A DNA stretch of 64,000 bases from an uncultured Chroococcidiopsis sp. Its GTDB lineage: Bacteria > Cyanobacteriota > Cyanobacteriia > Cyanobacteriales > Chroococcidiopsidaceae. The DNA lies in contig CAXTYC010000016.1 of assembly GCA_964248365.1 (NCBI GenBank), positions 1 through 64,000 of the forward strand, written 5' to 3'. The notes under the pieces were generated by a model, which had not been told where the DNA came from, searched no databases, and saw nothing but the letters and a program-made list of their open reading frames with translations. Positions 47,062 through 57,856 of this stretch are shown piece after piece (the first letter of the stretch is position 1; each line of letters opens with the position of its first letter). A program made the position numbers and the translations under genes.

Positions 47062-47238
47062 ATGAACACCAAATTTATTACGATAGAAATTGACCTTCAG
47101 GAAACACCCGCTCAGTTGCTCTGGCAAATTGAAGCTCAATTGCGCTTAAGCGGAGAACCACTACGCTGGGCAATTACAAACGTAGATCCAAAAAGGCACA
47201 AAGCCATTGTAGAAGCTACTGTTACTTTAGAATCTTGA
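47062..47238 (+). CDS. Small conserved hypothetical protein (58 aa)
   Basis: ATG at 47062 with a GGAG upstream; GEPLRWAIT motif; between the ferredoxin and DUF3326 genes. Confidence 0.7.
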   Translation: MNTKFITIEIDLQETPAQLLWQIEAQLRLSGEPLRWAITNVDPKRHKAIVEATVTLES

Positions 47239-47253
47239 CAGATCAGCTTAAAT

Positions 47254-48324
47254 GTGAACCAACGTCCTTACACTGTTATCTTAATTATACCAACTGGCGT
47301 TGGGGCAGCGATTGGGGGTTATGCTGGAGATGCCTTGCCAGTCGCCAGAGCGATCGCCTCTGTTGCCGATCGCCTGATTACCCATCCCAACGTTCTCAAC
47401 GGCGCTCAATTATACTGGTCTTTACCCAATGCTTTCTATGTCGAAGGTTACGGGCTTGACAAATTTGCAGCATCGTGCTGGGGGTTGCGGCCAGTACACA
47501 AAAATCGGGTGGGTTTGATTCTCGACCAGAAAATTGAATCAGATTTGCGCCTCAGACAACTACAAGCAGCTGATGCAGCCAGAGCCACATTAGGATTAGA
47601 TATAACTGATTATGTGGTGACAGATGCCTCCTTAGAAGTCGAGTTACGTAGCTCTGCTTCTGGTGCTAGCTGGGGGACAATTGGTAATCCAGATAGTTTG
47701 TTAAGGGCGGCTGAAGTATTGATAAAAAAAGCTGGGGCAGAAGCGATCGCAGTTGTCGCCCGTTTTCCCGATGATATAGATAGCCAAGCACTACAAAGCT
47801 ATCGATGGGGTCAAGGAGTTGATCCCCTAGCTGGTGCAGAAGCCATCATTAGCCATTTGGTAGTAAGAACATTTCAAATTCCCTGCGCCCACTCCCCAGC
47901 CTTATCACCCCTACCTCTTGATCCTCATATATCCCCCCGTTCAGCTGCTGAGGAATTAGGTTATACTTTCTTACCCAGCGTTTTGGTTGGCTTGAGTCGC
48001 GCCCCCCAATTTGTTGTAGAGACGCGATATACCGCATCTGATATTTGGGCAAATCAAGTTGATGCCCTGGTTGTACCAGCCACAGCTTGTGGTAGCAGCG
48101 CCCTCCTGAGTTTAAGTCAGTCGGGCGTACAAATTATTACAGTGCGAGAAAATCATACCCAGATGCAAGTTCCGACCGAACCGTTAGGAATCAAAGCACA
48201 TCAGGTACACTCTTATTTAGAGGCTATAGGTGTGTTGGTTGCCCATAAAGCGGGTATCAACCCCTCTGCCCTTAGCCCCACTATCACACCCCTACATTGT
48301 CTATCTGTAACACACAATATTTAA
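47254..48324 (+). CDS. DUF3326 family protein
   Basis: IPTGVGAAIGGYAGDALP, THPNVLNGA, VEGYGLD, AAEELGYTFL. Confidence 0.85.
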   Translation: MNQRPYTVILIIPTGVGAAIGGYAGDALPVARAIASVADRLITHPNVLNGAQLYWSLPNAFYVEGYGLDKFAASCWGLRPVHKNRVGLILDQKIESDLRLRQLQAADAARATLGLDITDYVVTDASLEVELRSSASGASWGTIGNPDSLLRAAEVLIKKAGAEAIAVVARFPDDIDSQALQSYRWGQGVDPLAGAEAIISHLVVRTFQIPCAHSPALSPLPLDPHISPRSAAEELGYTFLPSVLVGLSRAPQFVVETRYTASDIWANQVDALVVPATACGSSALLSLSQSGVQIITVRENHTQMQVPTEPLGIKAHQVHSYLEAIGVLVAHKAGINPSALSPTITPLHCLSVTHNI

Positions 48325-48417
48325 GGTGTTGCATGAAGTCTGTATGATAGTGTCACGCAAAGACGCAAAGGCGCAAAGAGACGAATTTTCATCAGCTCCC
48401 CCAGCTCTAAAATTACC

Positions 48418-49011
48418 GTGACCCAACAGCATCAACCAGACCCGAAACTTCAACCGCTGACACGTACCCAACTTCTGATAGTAATGGGTGTTACGGCTGT
48501 CTTATTGTGGCTAGTAGCTCTTGTGTGGTTACATTTTGGTTCGGTATCTCTTTTACCCTTAAAGTGGACTGCTACAGTCTTACCTGTGGGCATTGGTCTG
48601 GGGCTAGCTATCACTGCTGCTAGTTCTTTAGTTTATCGCTATTGGTCTGCATATCGTCGCAGTGCAGATTTTTATCTAGAGTTTGTACTCAAACCCTTAG
48701 TTTTACTAGACATAATCTGGGTGGGACTGCTACCTGGACTCAGCGAAGAATTGTTATTTCGAGGTGTAATGCTACCAGCCTTGGGCTTGAATATTACTGG
48801 AGTCCTAATATCAAGTCTTTGTTTTGGCGTGTTGCATCTAAGTGGTTCTGATCAATGGGCTTATGTTGTTTGGGCAACTGTTGTCGGGTTGCTGTTAGGG
48901 TACAGTGCTGTAGTAACTAGCAATTTGTTAGTGCCAATCATCGCTCATGTGTTTACAAATTTGCTTTCTAGCTGTTATTGGAAGTTGGCGGATTCTTCAA
49001 GGAGAGGCTAG
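48418..49011 (+). CDS. CPBP (Abi/CAAX) family intramembrane metalloprotease
   Basis: EELLFRG, FGVLH, AHVFTN. Confidence 0.9.
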   Translation: MTQQHQPDPKLQPLTRTQLLIVMGVTAVLLWLVALVWLHFGSVSLLPLKWTATVLPVGIGLGLAITAASSLVYRYWSAYRRSADFYLEFVLKPLVLLDIIWVGLLPGLSEELLFRGVMLPALGLNITGVLISSLCFGVLHLSGSDQWAYVVWATVVGLLLGYSAVVTSNLLVPIIAHVFTNLLSSCYWKLADSSRRG

Positions 49012-49124
49012 GGGCTAGGGGTTAGGGGCTAGGGGCTAGAGGCTAGGAACTAGAGGAACCAGAGGGACTCCAGGGGGGGAAATACTACTGACTACTGACT
49101 TCTATCTCCTGACTCCTGACTACT

Positions 49125-50096
49125 TTAATCTGAAATTGTGATGTTTTCTAATCCCTGTTCTGCTGGTGGATATTGGGGATTCATGGCTTCTAGGGTGTCT
49201 GCGATCGCTCGTGCAATCACTAAATTTTTATACCACTTCTTATTTGCAGGTACAACATACCAAGGAGCGATCGCTGTGGAACAATTATTAATTGCATCTT
49301 CATAAGCTTGTTGGTAATCATCCCATAGCTTGCGCTCGTTGACATCGTTAATCGAGAACTTCCAAAGCTTATTTGGATCTTGCAAGCGACTTTCTAGCCG
49401 AGATTTTTGTTCGTCTTTGGAAATGTGCAGAAAAAACTTGATTACTGTGATGTTATTGAGGGTGAGCATCTGCTCAAATTCATTTATGGTGTGATAGCGT
49501 CTGCGCCATACTTCCTCTGGAACCATTTGCTTGACGCGGACAATTAGCACGTCTTCGTAGTGCGATCGGTTAAAGATCGTAATCATTCCCCGTTGGGGTG
49601 TACGCTGATGGTAACGCCACAAAAAATCGTGATTGGCTTCCTCATCGCTGGGTTTTTTGAATGACCAAACTTGACAGCCTTGGGGGTTAATACCTTGAAA
49701 GACGTGTTTGATTGTGCCATCTTTGCCGCCAGTATCCATTGCTTGCAGCACAATCAGCAAACTACGCTTATGCTCAGCATACAGGCGTTCTTGTAATTTA
49801 TTTAGGCGATCGCGCTGATACTCTAGTTCCTCTTCTACATCTTTCTTTTTTTTGTATTCTTCAGAGGTATTTGGATCAATTTCGGCTAATTTGATTGGTT
49901 CTCCTGGTACAACTCGATAGCGGGGATAATCTGGTTTCCCCCGTGGCGCATCTACTACCGTTGTCTCCGGTGACATGACATCTGCAATTTCTTGGGTCTT
50001 CTGATCTACGGCTTGCTGGGTTGTGCCGGATTCCGCAGAGGCGATATCCTCCGTTGCAAGATTTTTTTTATTTGGCGATCGCTTGGAGTGACTCAT
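49125..50096 (-). CDS. ppk2: Polyphosphate kinase 2 family protein
   Basis: QAMDTGGKDGTIK, HDFLWR, FNRSHYEDVL, APWYVVPA. Confidence 0.92.
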   Translation of the reverse strand: MSHSKRSPNKKNLATEDIASAESGTTQQAVDQKTQEIADVMSPETTVVDAPRGKPDYPRYRVVPGEPIKLAEIDPNTSEEYKKKKDVEEELEYQRDRLNKLQERLYAEHKRSLLIVLQAMDTGGKDGTIKHVFQGINPQGCQVWSFKKPSDEEANHDFLWRYHQRTPQRGMITIFNRSHYEDVLIVRVKQMVPEEVWRRRYHTINEFEQMLTLNNITVIKFFLHISKDEQKSRLESRLQDPNKLWKFSINDVNERKLWDDYQQAYEDAINNCSTAIAPWYVVPANKKWYKNLVIARAIADTLEAMNPQYPPAEQGLENITISD

Positions 50097-50602
50097 AGGA
50101 ACAATGTTGTCACCGAAACTATTGTTGTAGATACTAATTCATAAGACGAGCAAGTGTTTCCCTCAAAAGGTAGACACAAGAATATTACAAAATCTTTACT
50201 AATCGATTGTAATTTCTTGTAGTAACTATAAGTCCGCCTGTTAGTTTTTTCAGTCACCCTGATTACATTTATTACTATTTTGTTGAATTTCTGGAAATGC
50301 CTCTCAAGAAGTTGAATAACTCAGTAGTGGATGATTGAGCAAATCGCTCCACATATATACCACTTTTTATTAGAGTATCAGGCTAGCCAATAGACGTATT
50401 GGATAAGGAGCCCCGCCCTCCTTTTTGCGTCCGAACGATCGCGGCTTTGCGCGGACACTTTGCCTCCTGTCGGGAAACCCGCCCACCTGGGTGTCCAAGT
50501 CTATTGCGAGAAACAAAAAAAAGACGAGTGCAAGAGTTCTAATAAATTAAGCAATGGTAGTCAATTCATTCTGTTTGTGAAGATAAATCAAAGGATATTT
50601 AT

Positions 50603-51130
50603 ATGCTTATTCATGACAATCTTTATCATTTTTGGTTCCGCTCCGTTGGCATTTGGGATTCCCTACTTGTCAAGGTTGCAGCAAGCTGGTTGTCTGAGCA
50701 AGAACTATTATCACTGAGCCAAATACACCATCTTTGTCAACCAGAATTTGGAGTAAAGGTAAGTTGGGAATATAAGAAAAAATCCGAAGAGGGAAATATG
50801 TCTTGGTGTGTTGATGCCAATCACCCCAACTTGATTTTTGCTAACAAAACCCTAAAGCATAATACCCCGCCTAGTATATTAAATTATCAACTGCCAGATG
50901 CTAGCAAACTAGTTATAACAGTTGATGAATTAGAAGAAACGTTTATGCTAGCAAGCAACACGCGAAGATTGAGAGAACTGAGGTATCAGGGCAAACTACT
51001 TAGAAGACTTTGGGAACAAAAGGTTAATGATGAAATTACTCAAAGCAGGTTAGTAACTCCAAGTGATTGTATTACAAAAAATGGTGAATTGATGAAATTT
51101 CCAGAACTGGGTACACGTCCTTTGTCTTAA
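50603..51130 (+). CDS. Hypothetical protein, possibly a divergent CpcS/CpeS-like lipocalin
   Basis: FW..SVGIWDS, GVKVSWE and EETFMLASNTRRLR resemble CpcS motifs; recognised by eye only. Confidence 0.5.
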   Translation: MLIHDNLYHFWFRSVGIWDSLLVKVAASWLSEQELLSLSQIHHLCQPEFGVKVSWEYKKKSEEGNMSWCVDANHPNLIFANKTLKHNTPPSILNYQLPDASKLVITVDELEETFMLASNTRRLRELRYQGKLLRRLWEQKVNDEITQSRLVTPSDCITKNGELMKFPELGTRPLS

Positions 51131-51900
51131 TATCCGCTTAGCATTCCCCGCCGCTTTGCCTCGCGTTCAGCTAGACGGAAAAGTAGTAATCCCACAGTGA
51201 AGTATACTGCGCCATTTATGAAGGCTACAGCCAATTTTGCCAAATTTAAACTTTCCCCCCGTGCCATCAAATCGCGTAGTAATCCTGCACCAGGACACAT
51301 GGGCAGTAATTGTCCTAAAATTTGAGCATATCCTGTCCAAGTCTCGGTTGGAGTTGTTAGTAAAAACAAGGGGATAAACTGAAAGATGATTTGTAGTTGT
51401 TGAACGCGCTTTAATAATAAGGCTAAAGATCCAAGGGTAAAAGCAATACCGTAAGCTCCCATTAATACAGTGGCAAAAGGTAAAAGTAATGTCGGGGGAA
51501 AATTGAGACGACTTTGGGTAAGTGCCATAATAATAAATAAAATGGCAGTGATTTGAAAGATCTGCAAAAATAGTTCAGCCACTGTCCGCATTAAGAATAC
51601 TTTAATAGCACCAAAGCGCGACAGGAAAAGTTGTTCTAAAGTACCTGTTTGAGCTTCAGATTGTAAACCTCCGGCAATGCTAGCCATGATGAATATAACC
51701 AAAGACCAAAGTACATAACCAATTACAATCGAGTCAAGGCGATCCCCAAGTTGTAAACTAGGACCTGCAATGTAACGGGCGCTTAAAAAAAGTCCATAAA
51801 AAAGGATAGTACAAATTAAAATTCCACCCAAAGCCTCAAATTGATAACTGCGATATATAATCCAACTGCGGCGTAATTCAGCTAGAAATAATTCCCACAT
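51127..51900 (-). CDS. ABC-2 type transporter permease
   Basis: 6 TM, EAQTGTLEQLFL, RRGMLSGY; overlaps the ATPase gene. Confidence 0.85.
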   Translation of the reverse strand: MWELFLAELRRSWIIYRSYQFEALGGILICTILFYGLFLSARYIAGPSLQLGDRLDSIVIGYVLWSLVIFIMASIAGGLQSEAQTGTLEQLFLSRFGAIKVFLMRTVAELFLQIFQITAILFIIMALTQSRLNFPPTLLLPFATVLMGAYGIAFTLGSLALLLKRVQQLQIIFQFIPLFLLTTPTETWTGYAQILGQLLPMCPGAGLLRDLMARGESLNLAKLAVAFINGAVYFTVGLLLFRLAEREAKRRGMLSGY

Positions 51901-52822
51901 CTCGATTTTTTCCTGCTCTAACTATTTTCAAAAAGATTTGCGTCAAGTCTGCTTGTTCTTTCTCGACAAAATGCAGTGGTAGAGGGTTGAGAATTTCTAG
52001 CACTTTGTAGAGCAATTCTTGCTTTCTAACATAGATAGTTTGCCGATTGACAACGTCTGCCCCAATTGTTTCTAATTGTGTAATGCGTCCATCATCAAGG
52101 GTGGCTTCCATCTCAATTTTGTAAGTTTTACCGGAAAATTGTCGAATTAGTTCAGGCGTTGGTGAAGAAGTTAAGATTTCACCTTTTTGGATAATGGCAA
52201 TTCTGTCTGAAAGTTCTTCAGCAATAGCAAGTTGGTGAGTAGTCAACAAAATAGCGCAACCAGAAGCAGCAATTTCTCGCACCAAAATTTTGACATCTTC
52301 AGTTGCTTCTACGTCTAGCCCTAAAGTAGGTTCATCTAACAATAGCAGTTGGGGTTGATGTATTAAAGAGACTGCGATCGCTAACTTCTGCTGCATTCCC
52401 CGTGAAAGATTTTGCACTGAGGTACGGCGTTTATGCAGCAAACCAAATCTCTCTAAAAGTACCATTGCTGACTTGCTGGCTTGTCTACGGTTTAGCCCCT
52501 TGAGTACCCCGAAGTATTTCAAATTCTCTTCTGGAGTCAGTCGCCAGTAGACGTTGCGATTTCCTTCTAGCACTGCACCCAGGTTTTGCAGTGCAGCTGG
52601 GTTGCGGTGGGGATCACTCCCAACAATTCTCACCCAACCTGCATCCGGCTTAATCAGTCCTGCCATCATTTTAATGCAAGTTGTCTTGCCAGCCCCATTG
52701 GGACCGAGGAAAGCCAGCACCTCTCCAGAACGAATGGTTAAGGAAACGTTTTTGACGGCTTCAACAAAAGAGTTGTTATGGCGGTAAGTTTTTTTGAGGT
52801 TGTAGGCTTCCAGTGCATTCAT
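51878..52822 (-). CDS. ABC transporter ATP-binding protein
   Basis: GPNGAGKTT, LSRGMQQK, LLDEPT. Confidence 0.92.
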   Translation of the reverse strand: MNALEAYNLKKTYRHNNSFVEAVKNVSLTIRSGEVLAFLGPNGAGKTTCIKMMAGLIKPDAGWVRIVGSDPHRNPAALQNLGAVLEGNRNVYWRLTPEENLKYFGVLKGLNRRQASKSAMVLLERFGLLHKRRTSVQNLSRGMQQKLAIAVSLIHQPQLLLLDEPTLGLDVEATEDVKILVREIAASGCAILLTTHQLAIAEELSDRIAIIQKGEILTSSPTPELIRQFSGKTYKIEMEATLDDGRITQLETIGADVVNRQTIYVRKQELLYKVLEILNPLPLHFVEKEQADLTQIFLKIVRAGKNRDVGIISS

Positions 52823-52965
52823 AAAGTCAGGCTGGGCATAGTTATCAGATATGCTTTATCCAGCTATATCCTACTTTGCCCAGTGTTGCGAACACTAGTT
52901 CCCAGGCATCGCTGTGGGAACTAAATATATATCTAGTAAATCCCCCCCCCGATAGAGACAATGGC

Positions 52966-52997
52966 TAGACTCTCCCCTCAGCTGGAAGATTTAGCAT
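52966..52997 (+). promoter_or_regulatory. MerR-family (CueR-like) promoter/operator of the Cu ATPase
   Basis: TAGACT, 20 bp, TAGCAT, with dyad ACTCTCC-N8-GGAAGAT spanning the spacer. Confidence 0.55.
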
Positions 52998-53026
52998 ACA
53001 AACATAGCGACACAGAGATAGCAACA

Positions 53027-55363
53027 ATGGAAACAGTGCAGTTGCAATTGCGGGGGATGAGTTGTGCAGGTTGCGCCCGTTCAATTGAAAAAGCCATTCG
53101 CGCTGTTGTTGGGGTAATTGACTGTAATGTGAATTTTGGGGCGGAACAGGCGAGTGTTACCTACAACCCCAGAGAAACAAATATAGAGAAAATTCAGCGA
53201 GCAGTGGTAGAGGCGGGATATGCAGCTTCTCCACTGAAGGAAATGGGTTCAAAAGAAGATGATGCCGAAGTTGCTGCTAGACTTGCCCAAAAGCGAGACT
53301 TAACGCGCAAGGTGGTAGTAGGGGCGTTGATTAGTGTTCTATTGCTGATAGGATCGCTGCCAATGATGACAGGGTTAAATCTGCCATTGATTCCCACTTG
53401 GCTACATAATCCTTGGGTACAGCTAGTATTGACAGCACCTGTCCAGTTCTGGTGTGGTAAATCTTTTTATCGGGGTGCGTGGAGGGCTTTCAAACGTCGG
53501 GCGGCGGATATGAATACCCTGATTGCTTTGGGTACTAGTGCGGCGTATTTCTATTCCGTCTTTGCCACCATTAGCCCTGGGTTCTTTCAAAGTCAGGGAC
53601 TGATGCCGGAAGTGTACTATGAAACCGCTGCTATTGTAATTACTTTAATTCTACTAGGGCGATCGCTGGAAAATCGGGCTAGGGGTCAAACTTCTGAAGC
53701 CATTCGTAAACTGATCGGTTTACAAGCACGAGATGCCAGAATAATTCGTAATGGCAAGGAAATAGAAGTTCCCATCCAAGCAGTCAGGGCTGGGGATATA
53801 ATTTTGGTGCGCCCAGGTGAAAAAATTCCCACTGATGGGGAAGTAATTGATGGTGCTTCTACCGTCGATGAGTCGATGGTGACGGGTGAGAGTTTACCAG
53901 TTAAAAAGCAGCCAGGGAATGAAGTAATTGGGGCGACGATTAATAAAACTGGTAGTTTTAAATTTCGGGCTACACGAGTCGGGAAAGATACGGTTTTGGC
54001 GCAGATTGTCCAACTAGTGCAGCAGGCGCAAGGATCGAAAGCACCAATTCAGCGTTTGGCGGATCGAGTGACTGGGTATTTTGTTCCCCTAGTGATTGCG
54101 ATCGCGATCGCAACTTTTGTAATTTGGTTTGACATCATGGGCAATTTGTCTCTTGCCTTAATTACTACTGTTGAGGTATTAATTATTGCTTGTCCCTGTG
54201 CTTTGGGTTTAGCTACACCGACATCGGTTATGGTGGGAACGGGCAAAGGTGCAGAAAATGGCATCTTAATTAAAGGTGCTGAAAGTTTAGAACTGGCACA
54301 TAAAATTCAGACTATTGTATTAGATAAAACTGGGACATTGACTGAAGGTAAACCCACTGTCACTGATTTTGTAACGGTACATGGAACAGCAAATCGCAAT
54401 GAACTAAAACTGTTGCGGCTGGTGGCATCGGTGGAACATAATTCAGAACATCCCCTTGCTGATGCGATTGTCAAATATGCTTCTTCTCAGGAAGTGGATT
54501 TAATAAATGTACAAAACTTTGAGGCGATCGCTGGTAGTGGTGTTCAAGGTATAGTAAGCGATCGCCTGATACAAATTGGTACTCAAAGATGGATGGAAGA
54601 ATTAGGCATCGATACCCAACAGCTGCAAAGCTACAAATCTGCTTGGGAAGCTGCTGGTAAAACCGTTGTCTGGATCGCAGTTGATAGAGAAATTCAGGGA
54701 ATTATGGGTATTGCTGACACCCTCAAACCCTCCTCAGCCGCCGCCGTCAAAGCTTTACAACGTAATGGTTTGGAAGTAGTGATGTTAACTGGAGATAATC
54801 GCCCAACGGCAGAAGCGATCGCCCAAATCGTCGGAATTACCCGCGTCTATGCCGAAGTTCGCCCCGATCAAAAAGCGGCAATTGTCAAGTCTCTCCAAGG
54901 GGAAAAGCCCCGTGGCAGAGGAACCCCGTGGCAGAGGAGAAAATTTAATCCAAAATCTCCTAGCCTCCAGCCCCAAGCCCCTAGCCCCTCCATTGTCGCA
55001 ATGGTAGGTGATGGTATTAATGATGCCCCTGCTTTGGCACAGGCTGATGTAGGGATTGCTATTGGCACAGGAACAGATGTAGCGATCGCTGCTAGTGACA
55101 TTACTTTAATCTCTGGTGATCTGCGAGGTATTGTTACAGCAATTGAATTGAGTCGTGCCACTATACGTAATATCCGGCAAAATTTGTTTTTTGCCTTTAT
55201 CTACAATGTCGCTGGTATACCAATAGCCGCCGGAATTCTTTTCCCCTTCTTTGGCTGGCTACTCAATCCAATTATCGCTGGTGCAGCAATGGCATTCAGT
55301 TCAGTCTCTGTAGTGACTAATGCCCTACGCTTACGCAATTTTCAGCCCAAAATTAGCTTCTAA
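53027..55363 (+). CDS. Copper-translocating P1B-type ATPase (PacS/CopA-like); likely start ATG 53027
   Basis: GMSCAGC HMA domain, [33 protein letters not shown] and MAFSS Cu(I) signatures. Confidence 0.95.
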   Translation: METVQLQLRGMSCAGCARSIEKAIRAVVGVIDCNVNFGAEQASVTYNPRETNIEKIQRAVVEAGYAASPLKEMGSKEDDAEVAARLAQKRDLTRKVVVGALISVLLLIGSLPMMTGLNLPLIPTWLHNPWVQLVLTAPVQFWCGKSFYRGAWRAFKRRAADMNTLIALGTSAAYFYSVFATISPGFFQSQGLMPEVYYETAAIVITLILLGRSLENRARGQTSEAIRKLIGLQARDARIIRNGKEIEVPIQAVRAGDIILVRPGEKIPTDGEVIDGASTVDESMVTGESLPVKKQPGNEVIGATINKTGSFKFRATRVGKDTVLAQIVQLVQQAQGSKAPIQRLADRVTGYFVPLVIAIAIATFVIWFDIMGNLSLALITTVEVLIIACPCALGLATPTSVMVGTGKGAENGILIKGAESLELAHKIQTIVLDKTGTLTEGKPTVTDFVTVHGTANRNELKLLRLVASVEHNSEHPLADAIVKYASSQEVDLINVQNFEAIAGSGVQGIVSDRLIQIGTQRWMEELGIDTQQLQSYKSAWEAAGKTVVWIAVDREIQGIMGIADTLKPSSAAAVKALQRNGLEVVMLTGDNRPTAEAIAQIVGITRVYAEVRPDQKAAIVKSLQGEKPRGRGTPWQRRKFNPKSPSLQPQAPSPSIVAMVGDGINDAPALAQADVGIAIGTGTDVAIAASDITLISGDLRGIVTAIELSRATIRNIRQNLFFAFIYNVAGIPIAAGILFPFFGWLLNPIIAGAAMAFSSVSVVTNALRLRNFQPKISF

Positions 55364-55383
55364 GCAAGGAGGAATCGCTGCAA

Positions 55384-55647
55384 ATGTTAAAAATAAGCAA
55401 GATTTGGGGTAGCGTTATTAGTCTAGGATTACTGTTAGGATTTGCTTCAGGTGTAAAGGCAGCAGAAAGGCAAGATCAGCATTTAGGAAATCAATTTCGC
55501 CGCATTGAACAACCTTTAGGCTTGAAAGTAGCTGTCACATTAGGTGGAGTGGGGTTAATTGCAGCCCAATTATGGTGGTTTCTTTTGAGTCAAAACCCAC
55601 AATTGCAAGCAAGAAATAACCAGAACTTAGGCAAAGATATCCCATAG
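55384..55647 (+). CDS. Small membrane protein co-transcribed with the Cu ATPase
   Basis: AGGAGG SD; QFRRIEQPL...LWWFL motif; resembles N-termini of cupredoxin-domain proteins found beside such ATPases (recall). Confidence 0.65.
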   Translation: MLKISKIWGSVISLGLLLGFASGVKAAERQDQHLGNQFRRIEQPLGLKVAVTLGGVGLIAAQLWWFLLSQNPQLQARNNQNLGKDIP

Positions 55648-55776
55648 CCTCCCTTTTTATTGTTTTAGTCCGTTTTAACCCACTTAAGCTATTGGTTCTG
55701 CGGAAATTAATTTCCAGGCGGGTTATAAATCAAATGAAACGCCCCCCTTTTTAACTCCTGTTGGCGGTATCTTCAA

Positions 55777-56235
55777 CTAAACCCCTGTGTAATGCATGAT
55801 TGTCACAGGAAGGCGAATCAAAATATTGGCTAAAGCAGATAAGCCAAACTTGATTTTAAGCGATCGCGGTAACTCCCGCCATGAAACTGGCACAAAGCCA
55901 AAACGAGTATAAAAACTCGCAAGGCGGCTACCCAGACATTCTAGATACAGTGGCTGCGTAGCCTGTTGCACTAAATGTCTAACTAGATACGTACCCAATC
56001 CTTTACCGCGCATTGCTGGTGCTACCACTAGGCTACCAAGTTCTTGCGCCCCAGAAAAGGAACGCAACTGCCCACAAGCAACCAAACGCCCATTACATTC
56101 AATTACCCAAAATTGCTGCCAGCTAACCTGTGTCGGATCGAGTGCCGCCCCTAACACTAACGAACGTATTGCCCATATATCTTTAGCTGTAGCTGGGCGA
56201 AGAATACAGCCTAGTGGTAACTCAGACAAGGACAT
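55777..56235 (-). CDS. GNAT family N-acetyltransferase
   Basis: LVVAPAMRGKGLG, FYTRFGF. Confidence 0.9.
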   Translation of the reverse strand: MSLSELPLGCILRPATAKDIWAIRSLVLGAALDPTQVSWQQFWVIECNGRLVACGQLRSFSGAQELGSLVVAPAMRGKGLGTYLVRHLVQQATQPLYLECLGSRLASFYTRFGFVPVSWRELPRSLKIKFGLSALANILIRLPVTIMHYTGV

Positions 56236-56346
56236 TACTAAACTTCAGAAATTTAAGTACCTTCTTTATTCTCCTCTCCCCCAGCTTCCCCTACTCCCAC
56301 AGCGAACCCTGCAATCATCATGAAGAATATTGAACTCACCACGAGA

Positions 56347-56925
56347 TCAGGGCGATCGCATTGGTAATGGCTTCCAGTTAGAGTATTGAGCTAAATGGTT
56401 CCAGTATGCCAAATATCCTGTAAAAGCGAAGATTAAAGCCGCAACTACCAATACAAACGCCCCTACTATTCGCAAGCTTCGGTTTGTCTTGAAATAAAGT
56501 GTAGGTGCAGCACAGATCCCACCTAAACCAGTCAGGATGAAACCAATTCCAGACAGTAATGGTTGTTTTGTCAAGCCTAAATTAATAATACGTAAACCAA
56601 CCACAACAGCAGCCACACCAGCAAAAAAGCCGTAAATTGCCACAGTGATTAAATCATAGTCAAGAGCGATGGCAAAACACGCCCCCAAAAACAAGATTCC
56701 GAACAATACAGACATTTCACCGTAAGCAATATTGAAGCTACCTGGAACTGTCCAAGTGAAAATCATGTGTAACCCTGTGACAAGAGCGATCGCCCCCGTC
56801 ATTCCAAAGCCTGGAATCCAACGTTTTTGATTTGTGTCACTCAAACCCCAATACACATAGGCAGCTAGGAGAAATAGCCCAGCTACCAAATTGATCAGCA
56901 TTAAAGTGATGTAGTTGATAAACAT
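56347..56925 (-). CDS. DUF981 family membrane protein
   Basis: MFINYITLML start, TW..PGSFNIAYGE, LTKQP; 6 TM. Confidence 0.75.
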   Translation of the reverse strand: MFINYITLMLINLVAGLFLLAAYVYWGLSDTNQKRWIPGFGMTGAIALVTGLHMIFTWTVPGSFNIAYGEMSVLFGILFLGACFAIALDYDLITVAIYGFFAGVAAVVVGLRIINLGLTKQPLLSGIGFILTGLGGICAAPTLYFKTNRSLRIVGAFVLVVAALIFAFTGYLAYWNHLAQYSNWKPLPMRSP

Positions 56926-57069
56926 TATTCTATCTAGTAGTTATTACCAAGCCACCTTAACTAAGAAATAAATATATATTCCCACTTAATTATTACTACT
57001 TTATGCAGAACTAAAGCAATAAAAAATAGACTATATTCTTGCTGATTAAATCTTACCAATAGATGAATT

Positions 57070-57780
57070 ATGGCTCAAACTTGGTTATGGATTGGCGTTA
57101 TAGGTATGGCGCTAGGATCTGTATTTTTCGGGATAGGCGCACACAATGCTAAAAATGAGCGTTGGAGAATACTGTTTACACTTAATTTCTTTATTTGCGC
57201 GATCGCTTGTGGACTATATCTATCAATGGCATTAGGTCAGGGTAAAAGTGAAATTGCGGGTCGTCCCACTGTTTGGGTTAGATACATAACTTGGTTTTTG
57301 TCAACCCCACTATTAATCTTAGACCTTACCTTTCTGGGCAAAACCAGCCTGCCAATTACAGCTAGCATACTGGGAGCAAACGCATATATGATTGTCACAG
57401 GCTTTGTTGCCACTATATCAGCTGACAGAGCGATCGGGCATATTTGGTACGTTGTTAGCTGCTTTGCTTTCCTAGCTACTCTCTACTTATTGGTCAACCA
57501 ATACCGCAAAGAAGCCGAACGCAAGCACCCAAGATCTAAAAAAGTATTTCGCAAACTGCTAACAGTTCATATAGTATTTTGGACTCTTTATCCAATAGTT
57601 TGGCTACTGGGTAACACCTGGCTTAACATCATTAACCAAGGTACTGAAACAATGTTTTACACACTCCTAGATCTTGCCTCTAAAGTCGGATTTGGTTTCC
57701 TATCACTCAACTCCATGCATAATCTAGAACAAGCAAACGAAGCACCACCCATGCATGGATACGAATCTTCAGCCATTTAA
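57070..57780 (+). CDS. Cyanobacterial halorhodopsin (TSD-motif light-driven anion pump, SyHR/MrHR type)
   Basis: 7 TM; R71, T74, S78, D85 in helix C, H167, and D201xxxK205 Schiff-base lysine. Confidence 0.93.
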   Translation: MAQTWLWIGVIGMALGSVFFGIGAHNAKNERWRILFTLNFFICAIACGLYLSMALGQGKSEIAGRPTVWVRYITWFLSTPLLILDLTFLGKTSLPITASILGANAYMIVTGFVATISADRAIGHIWYVVSCFAFLATLYLLVNQYRKEAERKHPRSKKVFRKLLTVHIVFWTLYPIVWLLGNTWLNIINQGTETMFYTLLDLASKVGFGFLSLNSMHNLEQANEAPPMHGYESSAI

Positions 57781-57856
57781 TCTGACAGCATTGCACACCA
57801 ACAGATGATCTCCTTTGTTTCACTTAGCGCCTTTGCGTCTTTGCGTGAGGTAAAAA

